Below are positions 1-9,750 of a stretch of DNA of 64,000 nucleotides, one piece after another (the first letter of the stretch is position 1; the number at the start of each line of letters is the position of its first letter). The stretch covers positions 65 through 64,064 of the forward strand of contig JAGGXD010000012.1 of assembly GCA_021163295.1 (NCBI GenBank), written 5' to 3'. This DNA is from Bacteroidales bacterium (GTDB lineage Bacteria; Bacteroidota; Bacteroidia; Bacteroidales; VadinHA17). The position numbers were made by a program, and so were the translations under genes. The notes under the pieces are model-generated. The model was not told the origin of the DNA, searched no databases, and saw nothing but the letters and a program-made list of their open reading frames with translations.

Positions 1-97
1 TGGTATAAATTATTGCAATTAAAGCAACTACAATTACACTGGCAAAAAAAGTACGGAGTCTGATTTTTATTGCGGACTTACTGTTTTCAATAATCAT
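1..97 (-). CDS. 5' end of a gene leaving the window (MIIENSKSAIKIRLRTFFASVIVVALIAIIYT...), function unknown, one hydrophobic helix
   Basis: ATG at 97 on the minus strand, open to the window edge. Absent from the ORF track because it is truncated. Confidence 0.3.
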   Translation of the reverse strand, partial: MIIENSKSAIKIRLRTFFASVIVVALIAIIYT

Positions 98-102
98 AAA
101 AA

Positions 103-130
103 AAATTACAAATTACAAATTACAAATTAC
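103..130. repeat. Heptamer tandem repeat AAATTAC x4, followed by a degenerate copy
   Basis: Read directly. It lies immediately upstream of the minus-strand ATG at 97. Confidence 0.8.
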
Positions 131-260
131 AAAAATTCAAAACAGAATTAACTGATATATTGTTTTTGTACCTTTCATTTGTTTAAACATTAGGATTTAT
201 TATTATATACGGGCTCTATTTAGTGGATTATAACAATCTTGTGGAATTTTACAAAGATGG

Positions 261-1010
261 TTATTTTTCTTCTTTCGCCTTAAGTGCATTATAATGGTAA
301 ATAAGATCGATAACTTCGTCATCGCTCTTAAGTGTCAAGTTGTTATTATTGATATAGTCTTCAAGTTCATTAGTATAATCGGAAAGAGCCTTAAGTATTT
401 TACGTTTTGATTTTCTTATGAATTGAGCAGGTTCATCACCTTTTTTAATATAATATTCTTCAGTTATTTTGAAATAATCCCTGTAGTTACCTCCGCTAAA
501 ATCAGATACCGGCAGGTTTTCCCGTTTTATCTCTGATGATCGCCGGTATAAAAGTTTACAATATCCCCGGGCCATTACCTCAAAAAACCCAACATCAGGT
601 TTGCCTATGGAAGGAACAAACTCAGAGTAAATAAATGTCTGGTGTCCAAATTCTATATGATCAATTTCATCAGGCTTAACAAACATCATAATATTTTTAC
701 CATGCTTAAACTCAATCTGATCAATATAATGATTCAGGCGCATAGGTACGTTTATGGTTTTTGTACTATCTCTGTGGTAGATAGTACCGGATGTAAATTC
801 CTTGCCGGGATAATATGGCTCTCCTTCAATATCTCCATACGGATTAGTTCCTTCAATCATGGATCTTCTCATATATTGTGTTAATTTGGGATTGTTCCCC
901 GTACCGGAGTATATCTGACCAACAAGTGTCTGACAAGAAGGCAGGATTAAAATACCTATCCAAAAGATATGAATTAGTAGTATTTTTTTCATGTTTCTAA
1001 AATGTTTCAT
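261..1010 (-). CDS. Hypothetical secreted protein or lipoprotein; the true start is probably Met7 at 992
   Basis: 249-aa ORF. From Met7 the N-terminus reads MKKILLIHIFWIGILILPSCQ, a signal peptide with a Cys. No recognisable catalytic motif. Confidence 0.6.
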   Translation of the reverse strand: MKHFRNMKKILLIHIFWIGILILPSCQTLVGQIYSGTGNNPKLTQYMRRSMIEGTNPYGDIEGEPYYPGKEFTSGTIYHRDSTKTINVPMRLNHYIDQIEFKHGKNIMMFVKPDEIDHIEFGHQTFIYSEFVPSIGKPDVGFFEVMARGYCKLLYRRSSEIKRENLPVSDFSGGNYRDYFKITEEYYIKKGDEPAQFIRKSKRKILKALSDYTNELEDYINNNNLTLKSDDEVIDLIYHYNALKAKEEK

Positions 1011-1022
1011 GTTTCATGTTTC
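991..1022. repeat. Heptamer ATGTTTC x3 in tandem (1002-1022) plus a fourth copy at 991-997; GAAACAT on the coding strand
   Basis: Read directly. It overlaps the annotated start region of ORF 261..1010 and places an ATG in each repeat unit. Confidence 0.8.
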
Positions 1023-1055
1023 AAATAAAGGTTTAAATATAGTGAATTAATTACA

Positions 1056-1508
1056 TCAACAATTATCCCTTTTTTTTCTAAAGAAAGTTTTTAGAATTTC
1101 AGAACAGTCTTTTTCCAATACTCCACCTGTTAATTTTGTTTTTGGATGTAGTAAATGCTGTGGATTATTTGTAAAACCTCTTTTTTCGTCCTTTGTTCCA
1201 TATTTTATTGCTCCAATCTGACTCCAAAAAGCAGCCCCGGCACACATAATACATGGTTCAAGTGTAACATACATGGTGCAATTGTGTAAATATTTTCCGC
1301 CAAGATTATTTGTTGCTGCAGTAATAGCCTGCATCTCTGCATGTGCAGTAACATCGTTCAGGGTCTCGGTTAAATTATGCCCCCTGGCAATTATGTCGCC
1401 ACCACTAACAATAACAGCTCCTACAGGTATCTCATTTTCTTCCTTTGCCTTGATTGCTTCCTTAAGGGCTTCTTTCATGAAATACTCATCTGTGCGGTCC
1501 GGGATCAT
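1056..1508 (-). CDS. tadA: tRNA-specific adenosine deaminase
   Basis: 150 aa with the CMP/dCMP deaminase zinc motifs HAEMQAI and PCIMCAGA. Confidence 0.9.
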   Translation of the reverse strand: MIPDRTDEYFMKEALKEAIKAKEENEIPVGAVIVSGGDIIARGHNLTETLNDVTAHAEMQAITAATNNLGGKYLHNCTMYVTLEPCIMCAGAAFWSQIGAIKYGTKDEKRGFTNNPQHLLHPKTKLTGGVLEKDCSEILKTFFRKKRDNC

Positions 1509-1593
1509 AGTTTTTCTATATGGTTAGCCTCTTATTATTTACATTAATTTATACAAATAACGGAATAAAACAGTATAATAAAAACAAACTTTT

Positions 1594-1647
1594 CCCATCC
1601 TTACCCTCTATTCCCTTTACTCCCTCTATACCCTCTATTCCTTCATC
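1594..1647. repeat. 9-bp tandem array, about 6 units, consensus (A/T)CCCTCTAT; pyrimidine-rich on the plus strand
   Basis: Units read CCCATCCTT ACCCTCTAT TCCCTTTAC TCCCTCTAT ACCCTCTAT TCCTTCATC. It sits in the tadA/aspS divergent intergenic region. Confidence 0.8.
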
Positions 1648-1671
1648 TTTCATTATTCTCCGTTTTTTATT

Positions 1672-1679
1672 TAATTTTG
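1672..1679 (+). promoter_or_regulatory. Bacteroidota-type -7 box TAATTTTG upstream of aspS
   Basis: Exact match to TAnnTTTG, 22 nt upstream of the aspS ATG. Confidence 0.4.
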
Positions 1680-1700
1680 CTCAAATTCAAAGATTAAATT

Positions 1701-3452
1701 ATGTTAAGAACACATACTTGCGGGGAATTAAGATTATCAAAGAATGGAAAGAAAGTAACTCTTTGCGGATGGGTACAAAAATCACGTGATCTGGGAGGCA
1801 TGACCTTTATTGATATACGTGACCGGTACGGGATCACACAGTTGGTTTTCAACATGGAAACGAATGCCGGACTATGTAGTAATGCCCGGAAAATTGGACG
1901 TGAATTTGTTATTTGCGCTACCGGAATTGTTAAAGAAAGGAGTAATAAAAATTTTAATATACCAACAGGTGAAATTGAAATAGTGGTACAGGAATTTAAG
2001 GTGCTTAATAAATCTGAAGTACCTCCTTTTACAATTGAGGAAGAAACTGATGGGGGAGAAGAGCTGAGAATGAAATATCGCTATCTTGACCTTAGACGAA
2101 ACCCGGTTAAAAAAAATATAATTCTTAGATACGAAATGGCCCGGGAGGTACGAAAATACCTTGATTTGAAAGAATTTATTGAAATTGAAACTCCGGTGCT
2201 TATTAAATCTACACCTGAAGGTGCACGTGATTTTGTTGTCCCTTCAAGATTGAAAGCAGGGGAGTTTTACGCCTTACCACAATCTCCTCAAACTTTCAAG
2301 CAGTTGTTAATGATTTCAGGCTTTGATAAATATTTTCAATTAGTGAAATGTTTCCGTGATGAGGATTTCAGAGCAGATCGCCAGCCGGAATTTACACAGA
2401 TTGATTGTGAGATGTCTTTTGTGGAACGAGACGATATTCTGGAAACTTTTGAGGGATTGGCTAAACATTTATTCAAAAAGATCAGGGATTTTGATTATAA
2501 AGATGCGTTTCCCAGGTTGCCTTATAATGAGGCTCTTGAAAAATACGGGACCGATAAACCTGATACACGATTTGAAATGTTAATACAGGATATTACTGAA
2601 CTGGCTAAAGGAAAGGGTTTTAAGGTATTCGATAGTGTAGAATATATCGGGGGGATATGTGTTAAAGGAGGCGCAGAATACAGCCGGAAAAAACTGGATG
2701 CCCTTACGGATTTCGTCAGGAAACCTCAAATTGGGGCTACAGGGTTAGTATATGTAAAATTGAATAATGACGGAACAGTAAAATCGTCTGTGGATAAGTT
2801 TTTCAACCGTGAAGAACTTGATAAATGGACTGGTAATATGGAGGGTGAAAATGGAGATATTCTACTTGTACTTGCAGGAGACAGAAAGAAAACGCTGTAT
2901 GCTTTATCGAAATTGAGACTTGAGATGGGGAAACAGCTTGGCTTGATGGATAAAAACACTTTTACTCCATTGTGGGTTGTTGACTTTCCTTTACTGGAAT
3001 GGGATGATGAATCCCAAAGGTATCATGCTATGCATCATCCCTTCACTTCAGCAATTAAAGATGATTTTCATCTGTTTAAAACTGATCCGGGGAAAATACG
3101 TGCTAATGCATACGATCTTGTCATAAACGGTGTAGAAATTGGAGGAGGATCAATTCGTATTCATGATAAACAAAAGCAGGCAGAAATGTTTCGTCTTCTT
3201 GGTTTCTCACCTGAAGAGGCGGAAAATCAATTTGGGTTTCTTATGAATGCGTTTAAATATGGGGCACCTCCTCATGGTGGAATTGCTTTTGGATTCGATA
3301 GATGGGTGACTTTATTTGGTGGTACGGATTCTATTCGTGATTATATTGCTTTCCCTAAAAATACCGCAGGGAGAGATGTTATGATTGATACCCCTTCAGT
3401 TCTGTCAGATGAGCAACTCAGAGAACTCTCTCTGAAAGTAGTTAATAAGTAA
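1701..3452 (+). CDS. aspS: Aspartate--tRNA ligase
   Basis: 583 aa with N-terminus [11 protein letters not shown] and class II aaRS motifs ([17 protein letters not shown]-like FGFDRW). Confidence 0.95.
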   Translation: MLRTHTCGELRLSKNGKKVTLCGWVQKSRDLGGMTFIDIRDRYGITQLVFNMETNAGLCSNARKIGREFVICATGIVKERSNKNFNIPTGEIEIVVQEFKVLNKSEVPPFTIEEETDGGEELRMKYRYLDLRRNPVKKNIILRYEMAREVRKYLDLKEFIEIETPVLIKSTPEGARDFVVPSRLKAGEFYALPQSPQTFKQLLMISGFDKYFQLVKCFRDEDFRADRQPEFTQIDCEMSFVERDDILETFEGLAKHLFKKIRDFDYKDAFPRLPYNEALEKYGTDKPDTRFEMLIQDITELAKGKGFKVFDSVEYIGGICVKGGAEYSRKKLDALTDFVRKPQIGATGLVYVKLNNDGTVKSSVDKFFNREELDKWTGNMEGENGDILLVLAGDRKKTLYALSKLRLEMGKQLGLMDKNTFTPLWVVDFPLLEWDDESQRYHAMHHPFTSAIKDDFHLFKTDPGKIRANAYDLVINGVEIGGGSIRIHDKQKQAEMFRLLGFSPEEAENQFGFLMNAFKYGAPPHGGIAFGFDRWVTLFGGTDSIRDYIAFPKNTAGRDVMIDTPSVLSDEQLRELSLKVVNK

Positions 3453-3542
3453 CCTTTTATTGTTGAAAACTTCATAATTTAATAACCAAAATCAAAATAA
3501 AACCATTTTATTTTAGCGCGGAATAAATATACTTAATTAAAT

Positions 3543-3881
3543 ATGTTAAAAATTGAAAGAGAAAACAATCGGTTTATTGTTTCATTTTTTGAGATAAATC
3601 GTTTAAATACAACTATTTCAAGGATCATTGAAAAACAACTGATCCAGCTTCTTAACGAAAACGGGGCAGAAATACTACTTGACCTAAAGGGAATAAAATT
3701 TATTGATACTTCAGGGTTTAATACATTACATGAGTTGAAGGATACTGCTAATAAATATAATTCTCACCTGTATCTCACCAATTTATCACCGGAAGTTATA
3801 GAGTTATTCAGACTTCTTGAATTAGAGAACGCTTTTTCTGTTTGCAAGTATCCGGAAAAAGTAGCTGAGGTTGTGAAATAG
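3543..3881 (+). CDS. STAS-domain protein (anti-sigma-factor antagonist, SpoIIAA-like)
   Basis: 112 aa. The motif IKFIDTSGFNTL resembles the phosphorylatable DSSG motif of SpoIIAA. Confidence 0.7.
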   Translation: MLKIERENNRFIVSFFEINRLNTTISRIIEKQLIQLLNENGAEILLDLKGIKFIDTSGFNTLHELKDTANKYNSHLYLTNLSPEVIELFRLLELENAFSVCKYPEKVAEVVK

Positions 3882-4032
3882 GATCCTTTTTCTACGAAAG
3901 AGTATTAAATGATGATATGAGCGGACAACTGGGATTCTTTTTCACTAAAGTGGTAGTAGTAGATATTAAATTCAGCGGTTTTGGAATTACTCCGGAATTC
4001 AGGTACTACCTCTCCGAGTCAAGTGCGCCAAA

Positions 4033-4057
4033 GGGGATTATTTTTTATCCCCTTTTT
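4033..4057 (+). terminator. Intrinsic terminator after the STAS gene: GGGGAT / ATCCCC stem followed by T5
   Basis: Hairpin AAAGGGGAT-tatttttt-ATCCCCTTT followed by TT. It overlaps the last codons of the convergent peptidase gene. Confidence 0.5.
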
Positions 4058-6341
4058 GCATTGGATTTTGAGGCGATCTCCTGTCGTATTTATATAATTT
4101 GAATTTCGATATTTCTGGTTTTGGCGGCCAGTGATTATTTCCTGTGTCAACATCTGCTGTTTCAAGGTATGGATCAATTGTTATACTGGCAATTTGCTTG
4201 CGGAATGGGAATACCTTAGTAACCTGGTCTTCATGCCTTAACCAAACTTCAGCCGGAATTCTTTCAACCTTCTTAGTGCCATCGGTAAAAGTGAATTCAA
4301 GGATTACAGGCATTATCATACCCCCGAGATTTGAAAATTTCAATTGGTAATACCGGTATTCCGGTGACAAGTATTTTTTCTCTTCATCACTTAAGGAGCC
4401 AAGGTAAGATTTATAGCCCTCTTTATCTTTATTAGAAATTTTGTATGGATCATATTTATCGTAAAAATCCCGTAGCGTGTTATCTTGCTCAACTGCAGAC
4501 TTCATAGCTTCCCTGTTCCGGATGATACTGATATGCTCCGGTTCTGATTCTTCCTTTTTATTTTCATATGGCTTTTCAATTTCAGGATCCATAGTGTTCA
4601 CAGTGAAAATCTTTACCTCGTCGAGGGATATATCCACATGGTTGGTAGTAAAGAACCATCCTCTCCAGAACCAGTCAAGATCAACTGCAGATGCATCTTC
4701 CATGGTCCTGAAAAAATCGGCAGGTGTAGGATGTTTAAATTCCCATCGCTGTGCATATTGCTTAAAGGCAAAATCGAATAATTCTCTGCCCATAATAGTT
4801 TCGCGAAGGATATTAAGTCCGGCAGATGTTTTCTGGTAGGCGTTATTACCCGATTGGTATAATGACTCAGCATTAGACATAATAGGAGTTATTTTGCTTT
4901 TATCACCTTTCATATAATCAATTATATTGGCAGGATTCCCGCTCCACGATGGGTGGTTATGATCCCACTCCCGTTCTGCAACTCCCTGAAGAAACGTATT
5001 AAAACCTTCATCCATCCAGGTCCATTGCCTCTCATCCGAATTTACTATCATAGGAAAAAAGTTGTGTCCTACTTCATGAATAATTACCCCAATCATTCCC
5101 CATTTCGTTCTTTCGGAGTAAGTCCCGTCAGCTTCCGGTCTTCCGCCGTTAAAACAGATCATGGGATACTCCATTCCAATACGGTCTGTATGTATTGATT
5201 GTGCAACCGGGTATGGGAAATCAAAGGTGTATTTCGAATAGGTTTTAATAGTATGCGCTACTGCTTTAGTAGAATATTTTTCCCAAAGAGGATTTCCTTC
5301 CTTCGGATAGAAAGACATTGCCATTACTGTGCGATCGCCAAATTTAACTCCCATGGCATCCCAGATGAATTTTCTGGAACTGGCAAAAGCAAAATCTCTT
5401 ACATTCTCAGCATGGAATTTCCAGGTTTTTGTTTTAGACGACTTGTCTTTTTCGTTTATAATAGCTTCTTTTTCATTAATGATCATCACAGGGACATCTG
5501 AGTTACGGGCTTTTTCTATTCTGTTAAGCTGTTCGCTGGTAAGAACATTTCCGGTATTTTGCAGAACTCCTGTGGCAGCAACAATATGATCATCCGGAAC
5601 AGTTATACTGACATCAAAATTTCCAAAAGGTAATGTGAATTCACCACTTCCAAGAAATTGCTTGTTTTGCCAGCCTTCAACTTCATTATATACTGCCATT
5701 CTGGGATAGAACTGGGCAATTGTGTATAGATAATTTTTATTTTCTTCAAAATACTCATACCCCGAGCGACCGAATACTTTAGCCCTGTTGTTGATATTAT
5801 ACCACCACTTGATATTTAGAATAAAGTTTGATCCGGGCTGCAAAGTTTCCGGCAGATCGATTCGCATCATAGTGTAGTTGATTGTGTAAGGAAGATTTTT
5901 TCCTGTTTCATCCGCAACTGATTCGATCTTAAAACCACCATCAAAATTATAGTGTAAATAGCTCATTGAACGTGGACTGACACTTTTGCGCATTTCCCCT
6001 GCACTGATTTTAGATCTAAGTGAGTTTTTTGCCCTGATGTTCTGGTCAAGTTGTATCCAGAGGTAATTCAATGGATCTGGTGAATTGTTATGGTAAGTAA
6101 TTGTTTCTGATCCGTTAATGCGTTGAGTTTCGTCATCAAGAATAATTTTAATATTATAATCTGCTTGTTGCTGCCAGTATTCATGTCCGGGAGCACCTGA
6201 TGCTGTCCGGTATACATTGGGTGTGGCAAGTTCCTGTTTAAGCTGCCTGAATTTGCTTATATTAGTGTTTTCCTGGGCTGAAATATGTCCTGTAAAACAG
6301 ACAATAAAAAAAGCTAAATAAAAAAGAAATAATTTTTTCAT
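4038..6341 (-). CDS. M1-family zinc metallopeptidase, secreted
   Basis: 767 aa with a signal peptide, a GMEYP exopeptidase-like motif, and HEVGHNFF-x18-E (HExxH+E). Confidence 0.85.
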   Translation of the reverse strand: MKKLFLFYLAFFIVCFTGHISAQENTNISKFRQLKQELATPNVYRTASGAPGHEYWQQQADYNIKIILDDETQRINGSETITYHNNSPDPLNYLWIQLDQNIRAKNSLRSKISAGEMRKSVSPRSMSYLHYNFDGGFKIESVADETGKNLPYTINYTMMRIDLPETLQPGSNFILNIKWWYNINNRAKVFGRSGYEYFEENKNYLYTIAQFYPRMAVYNEVEGWQNKQFLGSGEFTLPFGNFDVSITVPDDHIVAATGVLQNTGNVLTSEQLNRIEKARNSDVPVMIINEKEAIINEKDKSSKTKTWKFHAENVRDFAFASSRKFIWDAMGVKFGDRTVMAMSFYPKEGNPLWEKYSTKAVAHTIKTYSKYTFDFPYPVAQSIHTDRIGMEYPMICFNGGRPEADGTYSERTKWGMIGVIIHEVGHNFFPMIVNSDERQWTWMDEGFNTFLQGVAEREWDHNHPSWSGNPANIIDYMKGDKSKITPIMSNAESLYQSGNNAYQKTSAGLNILRETIMGRELFDFAFKQYAQRWEFKHPTPADFFRTMEDASAVDLDWFWRGWFFTTNHVDISLDEVKIFTVNTMDPEIEKPYENKKEESEPEHISIIRNREAMKSAVEQDNTLRDFYDKYDPYKISNKDKEGYKSYLGSLSDEEKKYLSPEYRYYQLKFSNLGGMIMPVILEFTFTDGTKKVERIPAEVWLRHEDQVTKVFPFRKQIASITIDPYLETADVDTGNNHWPPKPEISKFKLYKYDRRSPQNPMQKGDKK

Positions 6342-6445
6342 GGGTGGAATTATTTTGAATAAAGGGGAAAGTTATAAAATTCATTAAATTTAACGAAATT
6401 ATTTGCTGATAATATTATTGGGGCACCTGGATTTATACTATTTGA

Positions 6446-6967
6446 ATGAATATGAAATTTAATTTAAGAAGGATTTTAGTTGTTTTATTTCTAATAACAG
6501 GTCTTTCTTTCGTACCATGCAAAGCCCACAAATTCTATGTTAGTCTTGTTAGGATTGAACAGAATATTGATTCGAATTCATTTGAAATAACCTTTAAAAT
6601 ATTTACAGATGATCTTGAGAATACTCTTGAATTTTCATATAACGAAAACTTACGGATAGGTACTAAATGGGAGCATGAGAAAACTGATTCGATTCTTTGG
6701 AACTACCTGGAAAAACATTTTGGTATTTGGGTGAATGGCACAAAAAAGAATCTGGCTTTTATTGGCAAGGAGGTTGAACTGGATGTAACATGGTGTTATA
6801 TTGAGGTTTTAGACCTGGGAAGAGTCGAAACAATTAGCGTATTTGATGATATGCTGATTGAGCTATTTATTGATCAGGTGAATATTGTTCAGGCGAACTA
6901 CGAAGAAGTGGAAAAATCGTTGCTTTTGAAAAGGGGTAAAACCAAGGGAACCATTGAGTTTGACTAA
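6446..6967 (+). CDS. Hypothetical secreted protein
   Basis: 173 aa with an N-terminal signal-like segment (ILVVLFLITGLSFVPCKA). No recognised motif. Confidence 0.55.
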   Translation: MNMKFNLRRILVVLFLITGLSFVPCKAHKFYVSLVRIEQNIDSNSFEITFKIFTDDLENTLEFSYNENLRIGTKWEHEKTDSILWNYLEKHFGIWVNGTKKNLAFIGKEVELDVTWCYIEVLDLGRVETISVFDDMLIELFIDQVNIVQANYEEVEKSLLLKRGKTKGTIEFD

Positions 6968-7017
6968 TGTGTTTCGAAACCGTTAAAATTTATCGGATTT
7001 CAGAATATTATTTATTT

Positions 7018-8412
7018 TCAAACTGAAATCCCAATTAATGTTGCAGAAGTGCAATTATTTATTCTGACTTTTACAATATCTCCCGGCTTATGATTTTTTC
7101 CGGGGAAAACAACTACTTTATTCTGAGAGGTTCTTCCAAACAGGTCAGCCTCTGATTTTTTTGAAGCACCTTCAACTAAAACCTCATAAACCCTGTTTAA
7201 ATCTTTTGTTTTTGATGTTTGTGATAATTTGTTTTGAAGTTCGATAATTTCTGTAAGACGGCGTGATTTTACTTCTTCAGGTATATCATCCTTCAGTTTC
7301 TTTGCTGCTTTGGTTCCCGGTCTTTCTGAATATTTGAACATATATGCAAAATCAAACCCTGCCCATTTCATAAGACTTAATGTTTTTTTGTGTTCTTCTT
7401 CAGTTTCAGAACAGAATCCGGTAATAATATCAGTTGAGATTGAGCAATCCGGAAGGATCCTTTTTATTGCCTTTATACGTTCACTATACCATTCCCGCGT
7501 ATAACCACGGTTCATTAAACCAAGTATGCGGGTGCTTCCTGATTGAAAAGGCAGGTGTATATGTTTACAGATGTTATTATATCTGCTCATAACCGAGAGA
7601 ACATCATCTGACAAATCTTTAGGATGGGATGTGGAAAAACGTATTCGCATATCAGGAACAGCCCGGGCAACTTTTTCAAGTAGTTGGCAGAATGAGATCT
7701 CTTTATCTGTTTCCTTCGATTTCCATAGGTAGGAATCAACATTCTGACCGATCAAAGTGACTTCCTTATATCCAAGCCTGGTAAGATTATTAACTTCTCT
7801 GAGTATTTTTTCCGGATCAAGACTTCTTTCCCTGCCTCTTGTAAAAGGTACAACACAATAAGTACACATATTATTACAACCGCGCATTATGGAAATAAAA
7901 GCTGATACCCGGTTTTTATCCATTCTTATAGGACTGATATCAGCATAGGTCTCCTCGCGGGAAAGTAGAACATTAACTGCTTTCTGTCCTGTGCCGGCTT
8001 CTTTGATAAGATCAGGTAATTTCCGGTAGGCATCAGGACCAATAACAAGATCAACCACCTGGAAATTATTTATCAGTTGTTCTTTGAGTCTTTCAGCCAT
8101 ACACCCGATAACACCTACCAGCATGCCAGGGTTGTTTTTTCTGATCCGGGAGAACATATCAAGTCTTTTGAAAACTTTTTCTTCAGCATTTTGTCTGATT
8201 GAACAGGTATTAATGAGGATAACATCCGCCTGTTTCGGATCAAAACTGACACTGTACCCGTTTTCAGCCAGTATGGACAGTACAACTTCACTATCCGCCA
8301 CATTCATCTGACATCCGTATGTTTCAATATAAACACGTGGCTTATTTTGATCAGGAAGAAGATCGGATATATGCCCGGCAGGTGATATTATATTGTTTGT
8401 CATTTTTCTCAT
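7018..8412 (-). CDS. miaB: tRNA-2-methylthio-N6-dimethylallyladenosine synthase (radical SAM methylthiotransferase)
   Basis: 464 aa with the N-terminal UPF0004 cysteines (YGCQMN...NTCSIR...GCMAE), the radical SAM motif CNNMCTYC, and a C-terminal TRAM domain. Confidence 0.92.
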   Translation of the reverse strand: MRKMTNNIISPAGHISDLLPDQNKPRVYIETYGCQMNVADSEVVLSILAENGYSVSFDPKQADVILINTCSIRQNAEEKVFKRLDMFSRIRKNNPGMLVGVIGCMAERLKEQLINNFQVVDLVIGPDAYRKLPDLIKEAGTGQKAVNVLLSREETYADISPIRMDKNRVSAFISIMRGCNNMCTYCVVPFTRGRERSLDPEKILREVNNLTRLGYKEVTLIGQNVDSYLWKSKETDKEISFCQLLEKVARAVPDMRIRFSTSHPKDLSDDVLSVMSRYNNICKHIHLPFQSGSTRILGLMNRGYTREWYSERIKAIKRILPDCSISTDIITGFCSETEEEHKKTLSLMKWAGFDFAYMFKYSERPGTKAAKKLKDDIPEEVKSRRLTEIIELQNKLSQTSKTKDLNRVYEVLVEGASKKSEADLFGRTSQNKVVVFPGKNHKPGDIVKVRINNCTSATLIGISV

Positions 8413-8422
8413 AAAATTTTCG

Positions 8423-8439
8423 CAAATTTAGTAATTTTG
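8423..8439. promoter_or_regulatory. Back-to-back -7 boxes: TAAATTTG on the minus strand (miaB) and TAATTTTG on the plus strand (yebC)
   Basis: The plus strand reads CAAATTTA-g-TAATTTTG. Both halves are exact TAnnTTTG matches, 10 nt upstream of miaB and 27 nt upstream of yebC. Confidence 0.4.
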
Positions 8440-8465
8440 TATCAGCAAACTAAAAAACTGAAAAT

Positions 8466-9209
8466 ATGTCAGGACACAGTAAATGGTCAACTATTAAGAG
8501 AAAAAAAGGCGCTGAAGATGCTAAACGGTCAAAGATATTCTCACGAATTGTTAAAGAGATACATGTTGCGGTAAGAGAGGGTGGACCTGATCCTGATAGT
8601 AACCCAAGATTAAGATTGGCAGTACAAAATGCTAAAGGAGCTAATATGCCCAAAGATAATGTGCAGCGGGCAATAAGTAAAGCCGGAAGTGATGCTGAAA
8701 ATTATGAGGAAGTTACTTTTGAAGGATATGCTCCACACGGAATTGCATTATATGTTGAATGCCTTACTAACAATAACAACAGGACTGTAGGTAACATCAG
8801 ATCAATATTTACAAGAAGCGGAGGCAGCCTGGGAACTAATGGTTCTTTGAGTTTCCTGTTCGAAACAAAAGGAGTTTTTACTGTTCAGAAAAAAGATATG
8901 GATGCTGATGAATTTGAACTTGAAATTATTGATGCCGGTGCAGAAGAAATTGAAAATGAAGAGGAGGTGTTTATTATAACCACTCAGCTTGATGATTTTG
9001 GTAATGTTCAGAAAAAACTGGAAGAATTGAATATTGAAGCGGAGAATGCTGAATTACAACGAATTCCAAATTCAACGAAAAACCTTGATAAAGAATTAGC
9101 TATTAAGGTAATAAAAGTAATTGAGGAGTTTGAAGATAATGATGATGTGCAAAATGTTTTCCATAATCTTGAAATTACAGATGAGATAATTGCTGCTGTA
9201 AACGGATGA
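8466..9209 (+). CDS. yebC: YebC/PmpR-family DNA-binding transcriptional regulator
   Basis: 247 aa with the canonical N-terminus MSGHSKWSTIKRKKGAEDAKRSK. Confidence 0.92.
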   Translation: MSGHSKWSTIKRKKGAEDAKRSKIFSRIVKEIHVAVREGGPDPDSNPRLRLAVQNAKGANMPKDNVQRAISKAGSDAENYEEVTFEGYAPHGIALYVECLTNNNNRTVGNIRSIFTRSGGSLGTNGSLSFLFETKGVFTVQKKDMDADEFELEIIDAGAEEIENEEEVFIITTQLDDFGNVQKKLEELNIEAENAELQRIPNSTKNLDKELAIKVIKVIEEFEDNDDVQNVFHNLEITDEIIAAVNG

Positions 9210-9674
9210 GTGATTCCTATGAAGAAACAAATTCTTGCTATATCTTTTTTTGTATTTCTTTTTTTTGTATCCTGTTCAACTTTTGAAGAGGTGCGTATTG
9301 GACCGGCTACAGGAATAGAGATAAATGGTTTTTCAGGGAAGCAGGTTAATTTTAAGGTAATGGTTAATATAGAAAATCCAAACAGGCAAAGTTTTACACT
9401 TCGCATTCTGGAATTAGATGTGTCATTAAACGGTACATATATTGGACAAATTAAAAGTACTGAAAAGGTTAATATTCCTAAACGATCCGGTAAGGTTTAT
9501 ACTTTCCCGCTTAGTGCTGAGCTAGAGAGTTCATCCTTTAATGTACTTGCTTTGACAGATCTGTTTTTACATAGATATATTAATGTTGAACTTAAAGGGA
9601 TAGCAAAAATTAATAGCGGACTAATGAGAAAAAAAATCCCTGTCAATGAGCAGGAAAAGATTAAGTTATACTGA
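9210..9674 (+). CDS. LEA type 2 (WHy/NDR1-like) lipoprotein
   Basis: 154 aa with a lipoprotein-like signal (FLFFVSCSTF) and a beta-sandwich-like pattern (NFKVMVNIENPN...LDVSLNG). Confidence 0.55.
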   Translation: MIPMKKQILAISFFVFLFFVSCSTFEEVRIGPATGIEINGFSGKQVNFKVMVNIENPNRQSFTLRILELDVSLNGTYIGQIKSTEKVNIPKRSGKVYTFPLSAELESSSFNVLALTDLFLHRYINVELKGIAKINSGLMRKKIPVNEQEKIKLY

Positions 9675-9712
9675 TTTTTTCTCAATTATAACAGTTTGGA
9701 TATAAAAATTAT

Positions 9713-9720
9713 TATATTTG
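9713..9720 (+). promoter_or_regulatory. -7 box TATATTTG upstream of the usp gene
   Basis: Exact TAnnTTTG match. It lies inside the ORF-track 5' extension, which argues for the ATG at 9751 as the real start. Confidence 0.4.
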
Positions 9721-9750
9721 GTTGAATATGAATCTAAAAATTATCAGGAA

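Noticed and set aside
1520-1789. 89-aa ORF with a PSLPSIPFTPSIPSIPSS repeat, resembling a proline-rich protein
   Set aside because: The repeat is the in-frame translation of the 9-bp intergenic tandem array. The ORF also overlaps the aspS promoter and start.
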